Assembly (NCBI GenBank): GCA_049719805.1
Contig: JBNARF010000001.1
Location: forward strand, 318,341 to 382,340
DNA: 64,000 bases
Direction: 5' to 3'
Source of the DNA: Candidatus Hydrothermia bacterium
GTDB lineage: Bacteria > Hydrothermota > Hydrothermia > UBA1063
Positions within the stretch are counted from its first letter, which is position 1. The number at the start of each line of letters is the position of its first letter. Below, in pieces: positions 51,661 through 60,821 of the stretch. A program made the position numbers and the translations under genes. The notes beneath the pieces are model-generated. The model was not told where the DNA came from, searched no databases, and saw only the letters and a list, made by a program, of their open reading frames with translations.

Positions 51661-52304
51661 TGGTCCTCCTCGGAAATTACCAATGTTTTCCTCAAACGAG
51701 TTTTCCAGCCCATGAATCCGTCTTTAAGAAAATATGCGTTACCATAACCTTGCTTTTTCAACCATTCCAGAATGTTTCTATCTTCTTTTTCATCTCCCAC
51801 AAGCACGATAAGAACCTCTTTGGGTACATAAAGCCTTGAGAATTGTTTTTCAAAGTCTTGTTTATCGATCCATATAGACGATATAATATGCTCTCGGTCG
51901 TATGAGTTTTTATCCCTGAGATCCAGAATTAATATGAAGTTTCTTAATAGTTCATCATGCCTTAAGGATGTTTTTACAACATTGGCTTTTATTATGAGGA
52001 CAGCGGCTTTTCCATTATCAAAATTGACTCTTATTTGCTGAAATACAAGTCCAGAATAACCCTTAGTGTCGAAAATGGCTGTAATGGATATAGAGTCCCC
52101 TGGAGGAATAGGACCTGATATTTTGGTAGTATATGTACAACCGCAAGAAGGTTTAATGGACTTCACATTAAGAGTATCATTTTCATCATTGAAAAGAACA
52201 AAGGTGGCAGTTACTTTATCGCCTTCAGAGACCTGACCTGCATCAAAGACTTCGGGTTTAATAATAAGGGAAATTAAGGATAAAAAAATTAAATACAACA
52301 CCAT
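51657..52304 (-). CDS. DUF1573 Ig-like domain fused to a rhodanese-like domain lacking the catalytic Cys
   Basis: PSCGCT...IPPG.S; LDLR..Y...HI and L.DGF.GW rhodanese motifs; LVGD at the usual Cys loop. Confidence 0.72.
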   Translation of the reverse strand: MVLYLIFLSLISLIIKPEVFDAGQVSEGDKVTATFVLFNDENDTLNVKSIKPSCGCTYTTKISGPIPPGDSISITAIFDTKGYSGLVFQQIRVNFDNGKAAVLIIKANVVKTSLRHDELLRNFILILDLRDKNSYDREHIISSIWIDKQDFEKQFSRLYVPKEVLIVLVGDEKEDRNILEWLKKQGYGNAYFLKDGFMGWKTRLRKTLVISEEDQ

Positions 52305-52313
52305 AGTGTGAAT

Positions 52314-52342
52314 ATTTTAAGGTTTAAAATCCATACAAGCAA
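52314..52342 (-). promoter_or_regulatory. Sigma70-type promoter of the DUF1573-rseP operon, near-leaderless
   Basis: TTGCTT-17-TAAAAT, then 9 nt to an ATG with no SD. Confidence 0.5.
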
Positions 52343-52363
52343 AGCGGAATTAACAAAGTTTGC

Positions 52364-52392
52364 TTGATTTTATAAGGATTAGGTGTTACACT
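52364..52392 (+). promoter_or_regulatory. Sigma70-type promoter with extended -10 for the cyclase gene, leaderless
   Basis: TTGATT-17-TACACT with TGn upstream of the -10; 8 nt to an ATG with no SD. Confidence 0.65.
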
Positions 52393-52400
52393 AATTTTAG

Positions 52401-55400
52401 ATGAAATGTTACAATTGTGGTTTTGAGAATCCAGAAAATGCAAATTTCTGCCAAAACTGCGGTGTTTCACTAAAATTCCTTTTGTTACCTGAAAAGAGAA
52501 TAGTTGCTGTAATGTTTGCGGACTTGGTAAATTTTACTAAAATTAGCGAGCATCGTGATCCTGAAGATGTTCTTAACCTCTTGAATACACTCTTTACTCG
52601 TATCGAGAAGATTGTAATTAAACATGATGGTACAATAGACAAATTTCTTGGCGATGGTGTTATGATTCTTTTCGGAACCCCTATTGCCCATGAAGATGAT
52701 GTGGAACGAGCCTTATATTGCGCAGAAGAAATCTTACTTGAAGTCAAAAATCTCAGAGAATTCTTGAATGAGGATGTAAAAATAAAAATATCTATTAATG
52801 TTGGTCCGGTGATTTGTGGCTTTTCAGGCGGGGCATATAAAAGAATGTATACCGTTATAGGGGATGTTGTAAATGTGGCAGAAAAGATAAACGATTTTGC
52901 AAGACCCAATACAATAATAGTTACGGAAAGAGTTATTGAGTACACTTCTCACATATTTGATTTTAAAAAATTGGGCAATATGAAAGTTCCAGGAAAAGAA
53001 GAACAGATAAATATATACGAACTCACAGGCTCAAGACCACGAGATATCATATATTCAAGCTTCAAAGGAAAGTTAATCCCCCTTGTAGGTAGAAAAGAGG
53101 AATTTAATAAAATAATACGTTCTTTAAGTGACTCTGTCTTGGGTTCCGGTCGCGCAGTTGTTTTGATAGGCGAAGCTGGTGTGGGGAAATCAAGAATGAA
53201 ATACGAAGTTAAAAAGTATTCTAGGGAAAACGCTGATGTTTTATTAATCGAAGCAGATTGTAAGAGTCAATATAAAGATTCCCCTTTCCAACCCGTCATT
53301 GATATTCTGCTACAAATTTTTAGTATAGAAACAGGTGACAATCCTGAAGTAAAACATAGCAAAATAAGAATAGTTTCAGAAAAATTTGGAATTGAAGAGG
53401 AAATCCTAAAACCAATAAAAAATCTCTTGGGACTCGAATCTGACTCGCGTCCTGAAATAAGGTTAGCTCTTGATGATGCTTTTGTTTCCTTAATAAATAA
53501 AATAAGCTTACTAAAACCCATTTTTATTACAGTGGAAGATATACAATGGATAGACGAGTCTTCCCTGGAAATTCTAAGAAGTTTACTGAAAAAACTTAAT
53601 AGCATGAAGGTTTTTCTATTATTAACATACAGGCCTTCAATAAGTATATTCTTGCCAGATTTTCCCTATCTTGAACCTATAACACTCAGTAATCTTTCAA
53701 AGAGTGAGACACAATCGATGATTGCAGAGCTACTTGAAGTTGAAGAGGTACCCCAAAACCTGGTCGACCTTGTTTTTAAGAAAACGGAGGGAAATCCCCT
53801 TTTTATTGAGGAACTTGTGGAGAGATTATACAAAGATAAAGTCTTCGAAATTACTGAGCAAGGTAAAATAGTTTTCGTCAGAAACCTTGAGGAGGTTTCA
53901 GTACCTGATAAAATAACCAGTTTATTTCTTCAAGAAATTGACAGGCTACCACCTCAAACTAAAAATGTTATTAAAGTGGCCTCTGTTATCGGCAGGGATT
54001 TCAACAGAGAAATACTCGAAAACTTAGTGCAGGTTGAAAATCTAGACTTTCACCTAAGAATCCTTGAAGAATCGGGACTTGTTTTCCGTGACAGGGAAAA
54101 GTCTAATAAATACTTGTTTAAACACTCATTTGTGCGCGATGCAGTATATGGTTTACTTCCTAAGAAAGAACTCAAAGAATTACATTTTAGAGTTGCCAAC
54201 TCTATTGAAACTTTGTACAGTGCCCATTTACAAGACTATTATGAAACCCTTGCTTATCATTATGAAGCCGCTGAAAAATTTGATAAAGCTTTTACCTATA
54301 ATATACAGACCGGAAAGAATTACCTGAAGTCCGGGATGCTGTACGCTGCAAGGAGTAAGTTTAAAAAGTCTGAAGAAATAATGGAAAAACACTTAAAACA
54401 AATGAAGGTACCTTTCGATGAAAATGAGCTCTTTGAATTATACACCAATCTGGCTCTTGTTTCATTAGATCTTGGTTTTCTCAAAGAGGCGAAAAACTAC
54501 TCAAGACTTTCAAAAGAAACTGCAATAAAGTTGAGGAATTGGCAGAAGTTACAGGATTCTATTGAATTGTCCATAAAAATAAACTCCATTAGCTCTGACT
54601 TAGAAGCACTAAGAAGTGATTTAGAGATAGAAAAAAACTACTTCAAAAAAGACTATTTACAAAATTTTGAAAACCTGTTGAATTTCATTAAAACGAGAGG
54701 CGAGACCGATAGTAGCAACTTGCAAGCAGTCATCGAGCAAATTAAATCTTTGCCGATTAACCTAAAAATTGCAATGGTTAAATTCGTAATTGAAAAAATA
54801 AAATACTCTGTGAATAAAGATCAACTCAAATTACTCTACGCTTTCATGGATGAAATCTCCTCTCAAGTAGAGGAACCTTTTTACTGGGATACACTCATGA
54901 TTAAAACCCAGGTTTTAACTTTGATGGGAAAACACGAAGAGGCACAGATCCAAATTTCCAAAATCAAGGAAGAACTCTCTCCTAATTTGAGTGATTATAA
55001 CCATGCTCAGCTATACATTATGGAAGCTATTTTAAAAAGGGAGCAAGGAGAATTTGCCGAGTGCCAACAACTTCTTTCGGTAGTAAGAAGAATGTCTGAG
55101 GATTTAAACCACGTCTTGCTTAGAGCTAACGCCCTGTTCGAAATGGCAAAGACGAGCTTCTTTTATCTAAACGAATACATTGAGGCACTGCAATATTTTT
55201 CCAGTGCTATTGAGAATTATTCCATCGGTGGAGATGTGCAAAATCGTGAAATGTCAAAATTGTTAGTCTGGCTGGGTAACATTGTTATAGGTAATTTACT
55301 AACTTATAACCAGTTACCGGAACAAATATTGCCATCCGAGATAGAAACGAGCGAGATACTAATAATCAATAGCAAAACAATCAATTTAATTACCGAATTA

Positions 55401-55964
55401 CTCTCGGGAAATTTTGATTATGCAATAAAACAGTTTTCAAACATTAACTTTAACCAGCTGGAAAGTGAGATACTGGTAGTCCTCGCATATGCAATACTTC
55501 TCTTCCTAATGCTAAGAAGCGATGAGATTCTTAAGGGAACTCTTGAAAGATTATTATTTGTGCTTTCCAAGAGAAATTCAAGGATTTTTGATAGCGCTCA
55601 CTATAGTGTAATATATCATTTTTACAATGGAATTGTTAAGGGCGTAAATCTATCCTCTACTGGAGATATACTTAAAAATGTCAAAAGTCAAAGTACTGAT
55701 TTGATAAGGGAAACAAGAATTCTGTCTGACACGATTTTATTCTTTTACGACAATTCCTTAAGAGAAGATGAGAAGCTCTTTTACCTAGAAGACCTTCTTA
55801 CTCAGGCCACTATTTTGAAGTCAGCGTTTTTGATTTTGCTTATTAAACTTGTAGAATACAAGTTGAGCTTCAATACTGAATCATCTGAGCGAATTATCAA
55901 TGAAACAAAACAAGTATTGAAAGCTTTTAAATTTGACAACGTTCTTAAAGTGATAGGCACTTGA
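52401..55964 (+). CDS. Zinc ribbon + class III adenylate cyclase + STAND/AAA ATPase + TPR-like repeats
   Basis: CxxC..CxxC; FADL, DKFLGDG, YTVIGDVVNVAEK; Walker A GEAGVGKS; Walker B VEDIQWID; GNPLFIEE; FKHSFVRD..Y; helical C-terminus. Confidence 0.9.
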   Translation: MKCYNCGFENPENANFCQNCGVSLKFLLLPEKRIVAVMFADLVNFTKISEHRDPEDVLNLLNTLFTRIEKIVIKHDGTIDKFLGDGVMILFGTPIAHEDDVERALYCAEEILLEVKNLREFLNEDVKIKISINVGPVICGFSGGAYKRMYTVIGDVVNVAEKINDFARPNTIIVTERVIEYTSHIFDFKKLGNMKVPGKEEQINIYELTGSRPRDIIYSSFKGKLIPLVGRKEEFNKIIRSLSDSVLGSGRAVVLIGEAGVGKSRMKYEVKKYSRENADVLLIEADCKSQYKDSPFQPVIDILLQIFSIETGDNPEVKHSKIRIVSEKFGIEEEILKPIKNLLGLESDSRPEIRLALDDAFVSLINKISLLKPIFITVEDIQWIDESSLEILRSLLKKLNSMKVFLLLTYRPSISIFLPDFPYLEPITLSNLSKSETQSMIAELLEVEEVPQNLVDLVFKKTEGNPLFIEELVERLYKDKVFEITEQGKIVFVRNLEEVSVPDKITSLFLQEIDRLPPQTKNVIKVASVIGRDFNREILENLVQVENLDFHLRILEESGLVFRDREKSNKYLFKHSFVRDAVYGLLPKKELKELHFRVANSIETLYSAHLQDYYETLAYHYEAAEKFDKAFTYNIQTGKNYLKSGMLYAARSKFKKSEEIMEKHLKQMKVPFDENELFELYTNLALVSLDLGFLKEAKNYSRLSKETAIKLRNWQKLQDSIELSIKINSISSDLEALRSDLEIEKNYFKKDYLQNFENLLNFIKTRGETDSSNLQAVIEQIKSLPINLKIAMVKFVIEKIKYSVNKDQLKLLYAFMDEISSQVEEPFYWDTLMIKTQVLTLMGKHEEAQIQISKIKEELSPNLSDYNHAQLYIMEAILKREQGEFAECQQLLSVVRRMSEDLNHVLLRANALFEMAKTSFFYLNEYIEALQYFSSAIENYSIGGDVQNREMSKLLVWLGNIVIGNLLTYNQLPEQILPSEIETSEILIINSKTINLITELLSGNFDYAIKQFSNINFNQLESEILVVLAYAILLFLMLRSDEILKGTLERLLFVLSKRNSRIFDSAHYSVIYHFYNGIVKGVNLSSTGDILKNVKSQSTDLIRETRILSDTILFFYDNSLREDEKLFYLEDLLTQATILKSAFLILLIKLVEYKLSFNTESSERIINETKQVLKAFKFDNVLKVIGT

Positions 55965-55989
55965 AAAGCAACGGAGTTTGAAATAAAAT
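55961..55989 (+). promoter_or_regulatory. Sigma70-type promoter for the HEAT/HD-GYP pair, leaderless
   Basis: TTGAAA-17-TAAAAT, exactly 7 nt before an ATG with no SD. Confidence 0.65.
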
Positions 55990-55996
55990 TATAACT

Positions 55997-57631
55997 ATGC
56001 AAAGTTTGATTAATTTATTAAATAAAACCTTCAGGGCATACAAAATTTACCCACCCGGACATGAAATTCCCAAATATTTCCTGAGACAATTGTGGGAGGT
56101 AATTAGAGAAACTTTAAAGAAGGCACCAGAAATTGTACTTGTCGTGGATAAGGGAAAATGTCTCGATGAAGATGGACGGGAGCTGTGGACGGGTGAGGAA
56201 AATGAAGATAATGTAGCCTGGGTTCTTTACAAAAACGGGATTAGAGGGTTATCAATCACTACTAATGTAACTCTCCTTGATCTTCAAAGTTTTTTTGAAT
56301 CAATTCAACACACAATAACATCAAAGGATAAGTACTTTTTGCTATCCCATTTGAGTCAGAACGACTTCAGTGGAATGGCCTTCGAATTTATCCCGGACTT
56401 TTTACAGGACCAGGATGTTTTAATCCCTGAGACTTATCAAGAATTTGTCAAGTTAAAAGAAAAAGAACCTAAAGCAGAACCTGTGGAAATGGAGGGTCAA
56501 ATTGAGGCATCAATTGAAATTCCCATTATAATCGAATCGAGAGAGGTGTTTACTGTAACGTCTGAGGAAGAAAGAATGATGAACGAAGAGACAGAGAAAG
56601 AGAGACAAACACCTCACCTTGAAAGATTTTTGAAATATCTGTTTATAATAATAGATAAGGCATCTGTGAAAGAAGCCCTTAGTTTTCTTAAGGCAATTGA
56701 AGAACTAATACTTTTCGAAATAAACAATGGAGAAGTTGGAAAGGCCGCAAAAATTCTACAAAATTTAAAGTTTTTCAAATATAATCTTGAAAATGCTGAA
56801 AAAGTTAAAATCGTGGATAATTTGATAAAACAATTTTCTGAACTTTCTCTGCTTGAAACTATCGTTAAAACCTTCGTGGAGACTAAACCTAAAGAGCTGG
56901 AAAATTTCTTAATTAATCTTGAACCCGAAGCGAGTTTAAATCTATTCAAGATTGCTGTAGATTTGCCCTCCAAACAGGCAAGACAGGTGCTTTTTAGGGC
57001 AATTATCGGAATTAAACCTGCAGGTCACGAGGATATTGTCAGTTATATTAGTAGAAATAGAAACGATGAAAAGATTCTTCTGGCAGGTCTGGAATTTATT
57101 GCTATGGCAAAAGTTCGAGAAGCAAGAGATTTGCTTCTTGAACTGAAGCTTAAGGATAATTCCGATGTTAAAAAGAATTTACTTGAAGCCATTGCTGCTA
57201 TAGAAGGTGATCTGACTCCCTTTTTTTACGACCCTAATCTTGAAGTAAGAATGACGACCTATATAGAGATGAAAAAGAATCCGCGTAAAGCTTTTGCAAA
57301 TTTAGTGGTTGAAAGGCTTAGAAGTCCTGAACTTTTCTATAAAATGGACCCCCTTGAGAAAAAGCAGTTTCTAAATATAATTCCAGAGTATCTTGACTAC
57401 CAGTCTGTTGAGAATGCCTTAAAAGAAATCATGAACCAAAACCTGTCTTTAATAGACAGATTGTCAAAATCAAAAAAATATTATGAAACTATGCAGTTTC
57501 TCATAAACTCCTTAGTTGAGTCGAGGAACAGAAAAGTTTATCTTTTGCTCATAGAAACCGTCAAAGCCACCAAAGACAACAAATTGAGGGAAATGTGTTC
57601 AGAAGCATTAAAACAGTTTAAGGAGCTTTAA
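55997..57631 (+). CDS. HEAT/ARM-like helical repeat protein with an uncharacterised N-terminal domain
   Basis: All-helical C-terminal half with HEAT-like motifs (DNSDVKKNLLEAI, DPNLEVR, KLREMCSEAL); N-terminal KIYPPGH motif. Confidence 0.65.
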   Translation: MQSLINLLNKTFRAYKIYPPGHEIPKYFLRQLWEVIRETLKKAPEIVLVVDKGKCLDEDGRELWTGEENEDNVAWVLYKNGIRGLSITTNVTLLDLQSFFESIQHTITSKDKYFLLSHLSQNDFSGMAFEFIPDFLQDQDVLIPETYQEFVKLKEKEPKAEPVEMEGQIEASIEIPIIIESREVFTVTSEEERMMNEETEKERQTPHLERFLKYLFIIIDKASVKEALSFLKAIEELILFEINNGEVGKAAKILQNLKFFKYNLENAEKVKIVDNLIKQFSELSLLETIVKTFVETKPKELENFLINLEPEASLNLFKIAVDLPSKQARQVLFRAIIGIKPAGHEDIVSYISRNRNDEKILLAGLEFIAMAKVREARDLLLELKLKDNSDVKKNLLEAIAAIEGDLTPFFYDPNLEVRMTTYIEMKKNPRKAFANLVVERLRSPELFYKMDPLEKKQFLNIIPEYLDYQSVENALKEIMNQNLSLIDRLSKSKKYYETMQFLINSLVESRNRKVYLLLIETVKATKDNKLREMCSEALKQFKEL

Positions 57632-59004
57632 TGATGAATTTACAAAACGAAAAATATCAAAATCAGTTGCTAACCTCTTTTTTACAAGCACTTAATAACG
57701 TAAAACTTTATGGAATTAAGCATCCTGTTTCTGAAAAGTCATTAAGGGAATTTAAAGAAAGTATTGATTTAGTTTTGAATGAGCTCTCAGAATTTTCTAT
57801 TAGCTTCAGAGGATGGCACACTTATATTTGTGGTGAAAGAATAAAGATTTCTACGATTAATTTCCCCATTATAAAGCAAATAGTCGAGCTATTTCAGTCT
57901 AAGAATCTGGGAGGTTTCAGAATAAGCAGAGGAATTCATGACGATGACTTAGCACTATTTCTCACTTTATTCAACCAGGAAAGCTTCACAGGAGAAACTA
58001 TAGCTCAAAAACTTATTGAAAAGGGGGTCACGTCAATAAAGATTTTACCGGTGATTGCTCAACCCACAGAAGTTTTAGATCCTAAAAAGAGAGTTAAACA
58101 AGTTTACTTTGAAACTATAAATTTAGTCAAAACCCTTACCACTCAGAAAAGTTTCCAAAAAAGTAATTTTACGAAGTTCACAGTGGGTGTCTTATACCTT
58201 ATCGACACACTGAAAACTTCTGAAAGCCTATTACTGGGTCTTACTGTTGTTAAAAATTACGACGATTTTCTGTATAACCATTCAGTTAATACAGCTGTGC
58301 TCTCACTTTCGCTGGGTGTAAGAATTGGTCTGAAGAGTAAAGAACTTTTGAAACTTGGACAGGCTGCCCTTTTACATGACATTGGTATGGTTGACATTCC
58401 GAGGGATATTTTAAAGAAAGAAACATTATTGACTGAGGACGAGTGGAGTATGATAAAGACACATCCAATCAGCGGTGTCAAGATCACGATGGATCTCATG
58501 GGACTTTCAGAAGAAAGTGCCCAGGTACTTCTTGCCATATTAGAACATCAAAAAGGCTTCGATGGTTCGGGATATCCCGAATTTATTAAAAATTCTAAGA
58601 TTTCCCTCTTTGCTCGTATTATCCAGATAGCAGACTTCTATGACGCAGTAACTACCCCAAAATTTCACAATCCGGTTCCTATGTCACCGGCTGAGGCGAT
58701 AGCATATCTCGTCAAACATGCAGGGAAGTTGTTCGACCCTCTATTATCAAAGTACTTTGTTAATTTACTCGGAGTATATCCACTTGGAACCCTCGTTTTT
58801 CTATCGACCGGGGAATGGGGTTTGGTTATTGGACAACCTCAGGATCCAGAAAAAATACATAAACCTTTAGTATTAATAATTAAAAATTCGGAAGGTAAAG
58901 ATATACCTCATAAGACCCTGGACCTGAGTCAGTCTGAAATTGAGATCGTTAGAGCAGATTCTCCCTGGAAATTTGGAATTGATCCTGCAGAATACCTTAT
59001 TTAG
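57631..59004 (+). CDS. HD-GYP domain protein (cyclic dinucleotide phosphodiesterase family)
   Basis: NHSVN, LLHDIG, KTHP, EHQKGFDGSGYP and IADFYDA motifs; C-terminal GVYPLGTLV.LSTGE; start overlaps the upstream stop. Confidence 0.9.
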   Translation: MMNLQNEKYQNQLLTSFLQALNNVKLYGIKHPVSEKSLREFKESIDLVLNELSEFSISFRGWHTYICGERIKISTINFPIIKQIVELFQSKNLGGFRISRGIHDDDLALFLTLFNQESFTGETIAQKLIEKGVTSIKILPVIAQPTEVLDPKKRVKQVYFETINLVKTLTTQKSFQKSNFTKFTVGVLYLIDTLKTSESLLLGLTVVKNYDDFLYNHSVNTAVLSLSLGVRIGLKSKELLKLGQAALLHDIGMVDIPRDILKKETLLTEDEWSMIKTHPISGVKITMDLMGLSEESAQVLLAILEHQKGFDGSGYPEFIKNSKISLFARIIQIADFYDAVTTPKFHNPVPMSPAEAIAYLVKHAGKLFDPLLSKYFVNLLGVYPLGTLVFLSTGEWGLVIGQPQDPEKIHKPLVLIIKNSEGKDIPHKTLDLSQSEIEIVRADSPWKFGIDPAEYLI

Positions 59005-60729
59005 TTAACTACGCTTAATCTTTAGAATATCAAAGATTTTTTCCAAAGGGGATGTGTTGATAACATCCTGAGGAGAGAGCCATGCTCTCCTTGCTTGACC
59101 GATTCCGAGTCTAATCATACTAAGTTGACCAATCTGGTGAGCGTCAGTGTTTATAGCGAACAACACTCCCTTTTCCTTTCCCTTTCTAGCGTTAATATCA
59201 TTAAAATCAAGCCTCTCGTAGTATGAGTTTATTTCTATAAAGGTTTTAGTCTCTACAGCTTTTTCAATAATTTTATCTATATCTACATTATATCCTTCTC
59301 TTTGTCCTATTAATCTCCCAGTGGGATGTCCAATAATGGTTACATACGGATTCTCCATGGCCTTAATAATTCGAGCCGTGGCGTCCTCATTTTTCTTCCA
59401 TATGTGAATAGAAGCTATAACAAAGTCAAGTTCTTTCAAAACTTCATCCGGATAATCAAGGCTACCATCCTGTAAAATGTCCACTTCCATACCTTTAAGC
59501 AGTCTGAACCTTTTGAATTTCTGGTTTAACCTATCAATTTCTTTATTTCGTTCCCTCAATTCTTCAACTTCAAGTCCACCCGCATATTTCACTGATCGGG
59601 AGTGGTCACATATTCCTACGTATTCGTATCCCATTTGCATTGCATATTGTGCTATTTCCTCTAAAGATGACGTACCATCAGAAAAATCAGAGTGCATATG
59701 TAAATCACCTTTTAATTCATCATATCCTATTATTTTTGGAAGTTTTCCTTCTAAAGCTGCTTCTATCTCTCCCTGATCTTCTCTCATTTCCGGCGGTATC
59801 CAGGGGAGACCAACAGCCTTATAGACATCCTCTTCCTCTTTTCCTGCAATATACGTGTCTTCTTTAAAAACACCATATTCTGATATTTTTAAACCAAGAT
59901 TCTTAGCTATGCTTCTAAGTTTAACGTTGTGCGCTTTCGAACCTGTGAAATATTGTAACGCCGCTCCCCATGATTCTCTTGGAACTACCCGCATATCCAC
60001 TTGATATTTATCTTCCATAATGCATGACCCTTTGGTTTCACCAGATGCAAGTATTTCTGTTACACCAGGATATTTCGTAAAATAATCAATGATCTCAGTG
60101 CCGTTTTCTCCTACCACAAGTATATCCAGGTCACCTACCGTTTCTTTCATTCGCCTATAAGAACCGCAAGGTGAAATAAGCTCCACTTTTCCGGATTTCT
60201 TCATATATTCAACAATATCCTCTACTATATTGACCGCAACTCCAAGGGGTATCCTTTCTTGCCCCTTGAAATAAAGCTCTAATCCGCGTTTAATGTTTTC
60301 AATCTTTTTCTCGCCCATTCCCGGAAGAGTTAAAAGGCGGGGGTCGTCTAGGATTTTCATGAATTCTTCTGTGGTTGTAACTTTGAATTTATCATAAATT
60401 TGCCTCAAAGTGCGAGGTCCGAGTCCCTGAACTTCCATAAGCTTTAGAAGGTCCCTGGGAACTTGAGACATCACCTCTTCATATTTTTCAAAAGTACCTG
60501 TTTCAATGAATTGAACGATTTTTTTTGCTATACCCTCTCCTATGCCTGGTATTCTCTCCAATCCTTCGACACCTTCCTTTAAGTAAATTTCTTTAACATC
60601 AGTGGGAAGCTCATCGAGCACCCTTGCAACTTTTTGGTATGCTCTTACTTTAAAAGGGTTTTCACCCAGAAAATCTAGAGCATTTGCTAATTCCTCAAAC
60701 TTCTTCGCCAAAATCTTATTTATTTTCAT
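59005..60729 (-). CDS. polX: DNA polymerase X / PHP 3'-5' exonuclease
   Basis: GENPFKVRAY, HhH motifs, GSYRR, GDLD, YFTGSKAHN; PHP motifs DLHMHS, DHS, HPTGR and NTDAH. Confidence 0.96.
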   Translation of the reverse strand: MKINKILAKKFEELANALDFLGENPFKVRAYQKVARVLDELPTDVKEIYLKEGVEGLERIPGIGEGIAKKIVQFIETGTFEKYEEVMSQVPRDLLKLMEVQGLGPRTLRQIYDKFKVTTTEEFMKILDDPRLLTLPGMGEKKIENIKRGLELYFKGQERIPLGVAVNIVEDIVEYMKKSGKVELISPCGSYRRMKETVGDLDILVVGENGTEIIDYFTKYPGVTEILASGETKGSCIMEDKYQVDMRVVPRESWGAALQYFTGSKAHNVKLRSIAKNLGLKISEYGVFKEDTYIAGKEEEDVYKAVGLPWIPPEMREDQGEIEAALEGKLPKIIGYDELKGDLHMHSDFSDGTSSLEEIAQYAMQMGYEYVGICDHSRSVKYAGGLEVEELRERNKEIDRLNQKFKRFRLLKGMEVDILQDGSLDYPDEVLKELDFVIASIHIWKKNEDATARIIKAMENPYVTIIGHPTGRLIGQREGYNVDIDKIIEKAVETKTFIEINSYYERLDFNDINARKGKEKGVLFAINTDAHQIGQLSMIRLGIGQARRAWLSPQDVINTSPLEKIFDILKIKRS

Positions 60730-60739
60730 ACGTGTATAT

Positions 60740-60768
60740 AATTTAATTCAATAATTTCAGTATTTCAA
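60740..60768 (-). promoter_or_regulatory. Sigma70-type promoter of polX, near-leaderless
   Basis: TTGAAA-17-TAAATT, then 10 nt to an ATG with no SD. Confidence 0.5.
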
Positions 60769-60785
60769 ATGCAATTTCCTTTACC

Positions 60786-60814
60786 TTGAAAATGCAAGGC
60801 ACAGGAAATATAAT
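60786..60814 (+). promoter_or_regulatory. Near-consensus sigma70 promoter of the polysaccharide locus, leaderless
   Basis: TTGAAA-17-TATAAT, exactly 7 nt before ATG 60822, no SD. Confidence 0.7.
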
Positions 60815-60821
60815 TTCACAC

